From NCBI GenBank assembly GCA_965112735.1, contig OZ218962.1, positions 1,178,001 to 1,242,000 on the forward strand: a stretch of DNA of 64,000 nucleotides, read 5' to 3'. The position numbers were made by a program, and so were the translations under genes. Shown piece after piece: positions 56,669 to 64,000 of the stretch. Below the pieces are notes generated by a model that was given only the letters and a program-made list of their open reading frames with translations, ran no database searches and was not told the origin of the DNA. Position 1 is the stretch's first letter. The number at the start of each line of letters is the position of its first letter. The DNA is from Phaeosaccion multiseriatum. Its lineage: Eukaryota; Protista; Ochrophyta, other classes.

Positions 56669-56944
56669 ATGGCTCGACTGAGCGGCCTGCAACGGGATGT
56701 GCTCAGGCTCTACCGGAGAGTGTTGAGAACAGCGCGGGGCAAGGACGGGGGCATATACGGCCCGACGTGGATGTTCGCCACGGCGGAGTTTAGGAGGGAC
56801 TCAAGGCTCATTCGGAAGACGGACTTTCAGCGAGTGGAGTATAGCCTCAGGCATGCCGAGAAGAAGCTCAAGGTCCTCAGCGAGGGCAGAGTCACCTCCA
56901 TCAGGGGAGGAGGGCATGAGATTATGAGGACGGAGGGCGGGTGA
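56669..56944 (+). CDS. SDHAF1: Succinate dehydrogenase assembly factor 1 (LYR-motif protein)
   Basis: MARLSGLQRDVLRLYRRVLRTARGK..AEFRR..IRKTDFQRVEYSLRHAEKKLKVL matches the SDHAF1/Sdh6 pattern. A probable 5'UTR intron at about 56340-56614 contains (CT)n. Confidence 0.85.
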   Translation: MARLSGLQRDVLRLYRRVLRTARGKDGGIYGPTWMFATAEFRRDSRLIRKTDFQRVEYSLRHAEKKLKVLSEGRVTSIRGGGHEIMRTEGG

Positions 56945-57248
56945 CCGTGAGAGAGATGACGACGACGACAGCGACGACGAGCATTCATCATCTTTGAATT
57001 GGCAGCGAAAGTCCGCCATGAAGCAGAGCGAAAGGCGCAGGCAGGAAGTGTGAAGCGATGTAAAGCACGGGAGCAGGCAAGGCTGGAGCGCCCACAGGCA
57101 TCTCTCAGCAGCGAGTCAGGAAGGGAGATGCGCCCTTTGACTCCCTCCATCCCACATGTCGTCACGCGTGGAGGAAGAAGGCCGAGGGCACGCACCTCTT
57201 TTTGCGACAGTCAAGTGGAAGGCTGGGTCAGCCAGCGAGGCAGCAGAA

Positions 57249-57845
57249 GGAGGAGGGGGCTCAGGCGCCGAACGGGGATAGAAAAGAGGGGGGCGTGCAA
57301 TTGGAATCCGGCGAGGGGGTAGAGGAGATGGAGCTGCAGCAGGCAGAGTGGATGGCAGTGGAGGGCTTGCTGGATAGTCAACAGCAACAGGGGGAGGGGA
57401 AAGGCGAGGAGGGGGGCGAGCAAGGTGCTCGGAGATATAACGCTTCGGAGTGGTGGCAGAGACAGAGTCCGTGGGAGACAGGAAGAGAAGTGATGTGCGG
57501 ATGCCTGCAGCAACGGAGATGCCGCGCAGGCGACCCTCGCACGACGTTCTTTTTCAAGGAGGAATGGACGAGGCGGAGGATAAGGTGGAACAAGGAGGGA
57601 AGAGGCACAGCAGCAGTGGCGAAGGATTAGGCAACGGCCTTTGGGTAGTTGGAGGAGAGGGTGGGGAGGGGAAGGGCGAGCAGGTAGGGCTGATGGAGAA
57701 AGAGATTTCGTTGCAGCAGCCGAGGGCGGGGATGCAGAGGAGGAGGAGGAAGAGGAGGCGGGTGGACCAACAACAGCCGGAGAGAAACCTCCTCCTCCTC
57801 CTGCTGCTGCTGCTTCTGCTGCTGTCGCGCCCCACCTCTCTCTCT
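57249..57845 (+). pseudogene. Inverted, frameshifted partial copy of the GT14 acidic exon (source about 21825-22497, minus strand)
   Basis: 57249-57423 matches the reverse complement of 22497-22323 with one mismatch by eye. Homology continues with indels, and the reading frame is split between ORFs 57202 and 57450. Confidence 0.85.
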
Positions 57846-58648
57846 ACTGAAGAAGAGCAGCTGCAGGAGGAAGAGCAAGTGCAAGGATTGCCTTAACAAC
57901 TCCAAGGTGCGTAGGTGAAAGCCAGCTGCAGAAGTAGCAGTAGTACACAAGAACTGACGTCGCTAGTTTGAAAAGCGGGTTTATCATGTGGTCAACTTTT
58001 CTTCCTATCCCGCGACGTATAGGGAGAAGGCATGACGTTGCTCTGCACTCCCCTCTTCCCCTCCTCCAGGACAAATAGCAAGTGCCACAGGCTTTTGATT
58101 TTGCTTGTGTAGGTGCCCTGTGCGGCACTGCTGGCCCTTGATCTGGTGTACTATGGGGGGGGGGTACCGCCCCAGGCAGTGGATGTTTGCTCACGCCTTG
58201 TACCATGCCTTCCCTTGTTCTTGCCCCTCCCCACAGCTGCTGGTGGCAGCGGAGGGAGGAGGGGAGAGTCTTTGCTCCACCTTCGGCTGCGGGCACTCCT
58301 CGGGTCAGCAGCAGCAGAACATCAGTTGACTTAGCAGGGTCAGGCTAAGTGAAGGGGTGGTGTCCTCACCAGCCAAGAAGCCAGCAGCGTCATGAATTCC
58401 CTCGGCAGCCTAGGCGCCTCTCGGGGGGAGGTCAAGATGACGGACACTTCGAGTGCGGGAGCCTCAAACCCTAAGCACCACTGTGTTTGGTGAGTGTGTC
58501 TGTGTGTGTGTGTTTGCAGCATGGAATTGTGAGGCAGCCTAGCGCAAAACGTTGAGCGTATCACCCAGCAGCCATTCGGCGCCTCTTTCTTCCTGACCAA
58601 ATTCTCCCTTTTCCTCCTCCGTTACACGTTTGAAGGAGTGGATATGAT

Positions 58649-58994
58649 CAGCCCCAGACACGCCTGGCGGCCTCGGCTCTAGGCCGCTCACTTTTCAGTC
58701 CTAGGCGGCCTCTAGCCCACCTCTAGGCAGCCTCAAGGCAGCCTTCCCGTGACCGCGGGCGCGTGCGTGGGGCCGCCCAGTCACTGGCAGCAGCACACCT
58801 GTAGGCATGCACTCCTCGCAGGGCAGGCGAGGCGGAAAGAGGCAACGCGAATCAAGTCTACTCCCCGCTTTCAATCCCATATATTGGCTTATAGTGACTC
58901 TTTGCACTCTGGGCAATGCCACCGTCTAGGCCGCCGCCCTAGGCTGCGGGCCTGCGGCCCTATCTAGCTAGGCCGCTAGGCGTATCAGGGGCCA
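58649..58994. mobile_element. MITE-like element with imperfect terminal inverted repeats
   Basis: Left end GCCCCAGACACGCCTGGCGGCCT versus reverse complement of the right end GCCCCTGATACGCCTAGCGGCCT (20/23). Multiple subterminal CTAGGC repeats. Flanks GATATGAT and AAAATGAG share 5/8. Confidence 0.65.
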
Positions 58995-59340
58995 AAAATG
59001 AGTCGGGAGCAAGCCTGTGCAAGTACCAGCGGATGGGTACCCGAAGAAAGGGGGCTGGAGCTTTCGCAGCAACAGCAGCAGCACCAGAAAGAGGAGGAGG
59101 AGGAGGAATAGATGTCGTCGTCGGAGAGGAGCTATGCTGTGCCCACAAGCTCTACATCTCCCCTCTCTTTTTTTTTTTTTTTTTTGCTATACTAAATATA
59201 GCCCTATTTTAACCCCGGGCAAGTATCCAAAATGTTAAGGCGAGCTCGGGAGGGACTACCCTCTAGACTAAGCCTTACGTACAGCATCCCTCTTGGAGAG
59301 AGAGGCATGCGGGACAAGTAGGAGAGTAGGGAGTAAGACA

Positions 59341-59444
59341 CAGCCCCTGACGCACTATGCGCTACCGCTATCGCTGGCGCCAGCCGATCCGCTATCCCGC
59401 GCTTTCGAGAATGTGGGCGATACAATGTCGTGCGTCAGGGGTCG
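59341..59444. mobile_element. About 100-bp mini TIR element related to the upstream MITE
   Basis: CAGCCCCTGACGCAC ... GTGCGTCAGGGGTCG: a perfect 12-bp inverted repeat (CCCCTGACGCAC) with the same GCCCCTGA terminus type. No TSD seen. Confidence 0.5.
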
Positions 59445-60478
59445 AGGGGGGGGGGGAGAAAAAAAAAAAAAAAAATGAAAAAAAGGTTTGTGGTAGTGAA
59501 TCAGCCGTGAATCGAACACGGGTCAACCGCTTGCTCAGTCACATGATACTATGTGGGATGGAAGGCGGTAATACTAACCACTGTACTACTGATCCGAAGG
59601 TTATGGTAATTTTGGGCTTTCTGATATCAGTATGGTACTCAGCCAATTATTTTACCTCTCTTTTTTTTCTTGTTTCTTCCTCCGCAGTAGGGGCTGCTTC
59701 GGCACTCCTGTGCTATGTGTCCGGGTCTGTAGCAGTTGTAGCAGCCCCCAGATCCGGCTTCCCCCAGACCCTACTGTTCCCAGGAGAGGTGGATGTGGTT
59801 GGATGATGTGAGCGGATCCATGTACTATCCATTCCACGGACTGGACGGGAGGCTCAGCGGCTTCTGGAGTGCGTGGCGGTCGTCATGGGAGTCCTGGTTG
59901 TTTTTTACAAGAAACTTAGAAGTGCTTTGGCTACATCAATAACTGAAACGGAAGCGGGCATCTCAAACCAATTGCAGAGGGGGCCTGCCGGGTAGCGGGA
60001 GGGGAAAGAAAAAGAGGGGAGGGCCTACTGGAACAGGCATCTCAGGCCAGCTGTGCCCTCTCACCTCTCCTCACACTGCTTGGTGTTTGCTCAGCTGGCT
60101 CCCCCCGCCCCCCCAAATGCCTCTGCTACTGGAACCAACAGGCATCTCAAACCCGGCCGGCGTTCCCCTCCCCCCACTCCCAATCCCCATCCCTCCCGCC
60201 AGGTGGAGAGCGCAGTACTTAACCAGGCCTCGCCAGTAATACTTATTTAGGGACGTCTCACACTTTGAGAGAGGAGTGGGAGACTGGGAACTTATGTACA
60301 GCCTTGTTTGTCTGACCTGCCGTCCTCTTCACTTCGGCCCGGTCCAGTTTCTCTCGTGAGGCAGGGTTACCTGGGGTCTGGGTTTGTCTCCCTTCCCATC
60401 CTCCCTCCCTCCCTCCCTCCCGCTAGTCCGCGCACAGTTGTACACGTGTTGACTCGGATCACTATCCCTTGCGCTGCG

Positions 60479-63361
<2,883 letters not shown>

Positions 63362-64000
63362 CCTCAAGCTTTATCCCTGCACCGCTCCACGGCGCCAATC
63401 CCGTGCTCTGCTACCCTCCGCTGCTCCTGCTCATTCTCTAAAGCCTGCTGCTTGTTGCCGGGGGTCGTACTATGGGCTTATAACTGGGGAGGGAAAGAGC
63501 TGTGTCGTATGTCAACAATAATTGACTTACGGGAACCCTTTTCTGCCATCAACTGCCAGTCCCCCTCTACAATCCCCCCTCTGCAAACCGCTGATCCAGT
63601 AAACACAAACCACATCTCTTATCATTTATACGTTAGAGCAAATCATCCCGCAGCATGTTCTGTCCCAGGCCGGGGGAAAGGATTTTCTATAAAAAAGATC
63701 TATCCACTCTGACAAAAGGCAGCGCACCTGGCTGACTAACTTACGAACGAGCGAACTAACAAACGAACTGGAGGAGCGGGATGATCGGATGAGGTGAGGG
63801 GGAGCCCTGACCTCTGCTGCTGCATGATGTGCAACAAGGGTGCAGCAGAACGTAAAGGGACATACAATGAATGGGACGGGGGGAGGAGGAAGCCGGTGTG
63901 TGTGTATCTGTCATCCGTGTGGCACCTAACCTAGATGGATATGGTCTTGCTCTCCTCCTTGGGGTGGTACGAGTCCACGGTGGTTTGGTTGGACTCGTCC

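Noticed and set aside
59955-60155. Three copies of GGCATCTCA, two preceded by CTACTGGAAC
   Set aside because: Short local repeats without termini or coding capacity. Probably a decayed repeat that cannot be classified.

Overview
Gene-dense, GC-rich eukaryotic nuclear DNA with spliceosomal introns packed with microsatellites. A bipartite signal+transit peptide on a fibrillin suggests a photosynthetic stramenopile, possibly eustigmatophyte-like (inference). I spliced about 12 genes by hand: PAP/fibrillin (partial), a RUN-PX-Rubicon-homology protein, mitoribosomal bS21, UFL1, pterin-4a-carbinolamine dehydratase, COX20, a GT14 glycosyltransferase, a TPR-DUSP-MYND-USP deubiquitinase, a small 2-TM protein, the urea transporter DUR3, a J-like/ankyrin/UBA/PAM2 protein, SDHAF1 and KAE1/OSGEP. 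The main unexplained signal is a short DNA motif, (CAG)n-TTGGTGATA-(CAG)n. It occurs about 20 times (10 exact TTGGTGATACAG matches) in four unrelated genes, on both strands, in different reading frames and in introns, so it behaves as a DNA/RNA-level element rather than a protein motif. Other notable items: a mosaic inverted copy of a GT14 exon 35 kb away, two related TIR/MITE-like elements, polarised complementary microsatellites in introns, and a J-domain with HPD replaced by NPR. Product calls are from remembered family motifs, not database searches, and exon boundaries are hand-derived.
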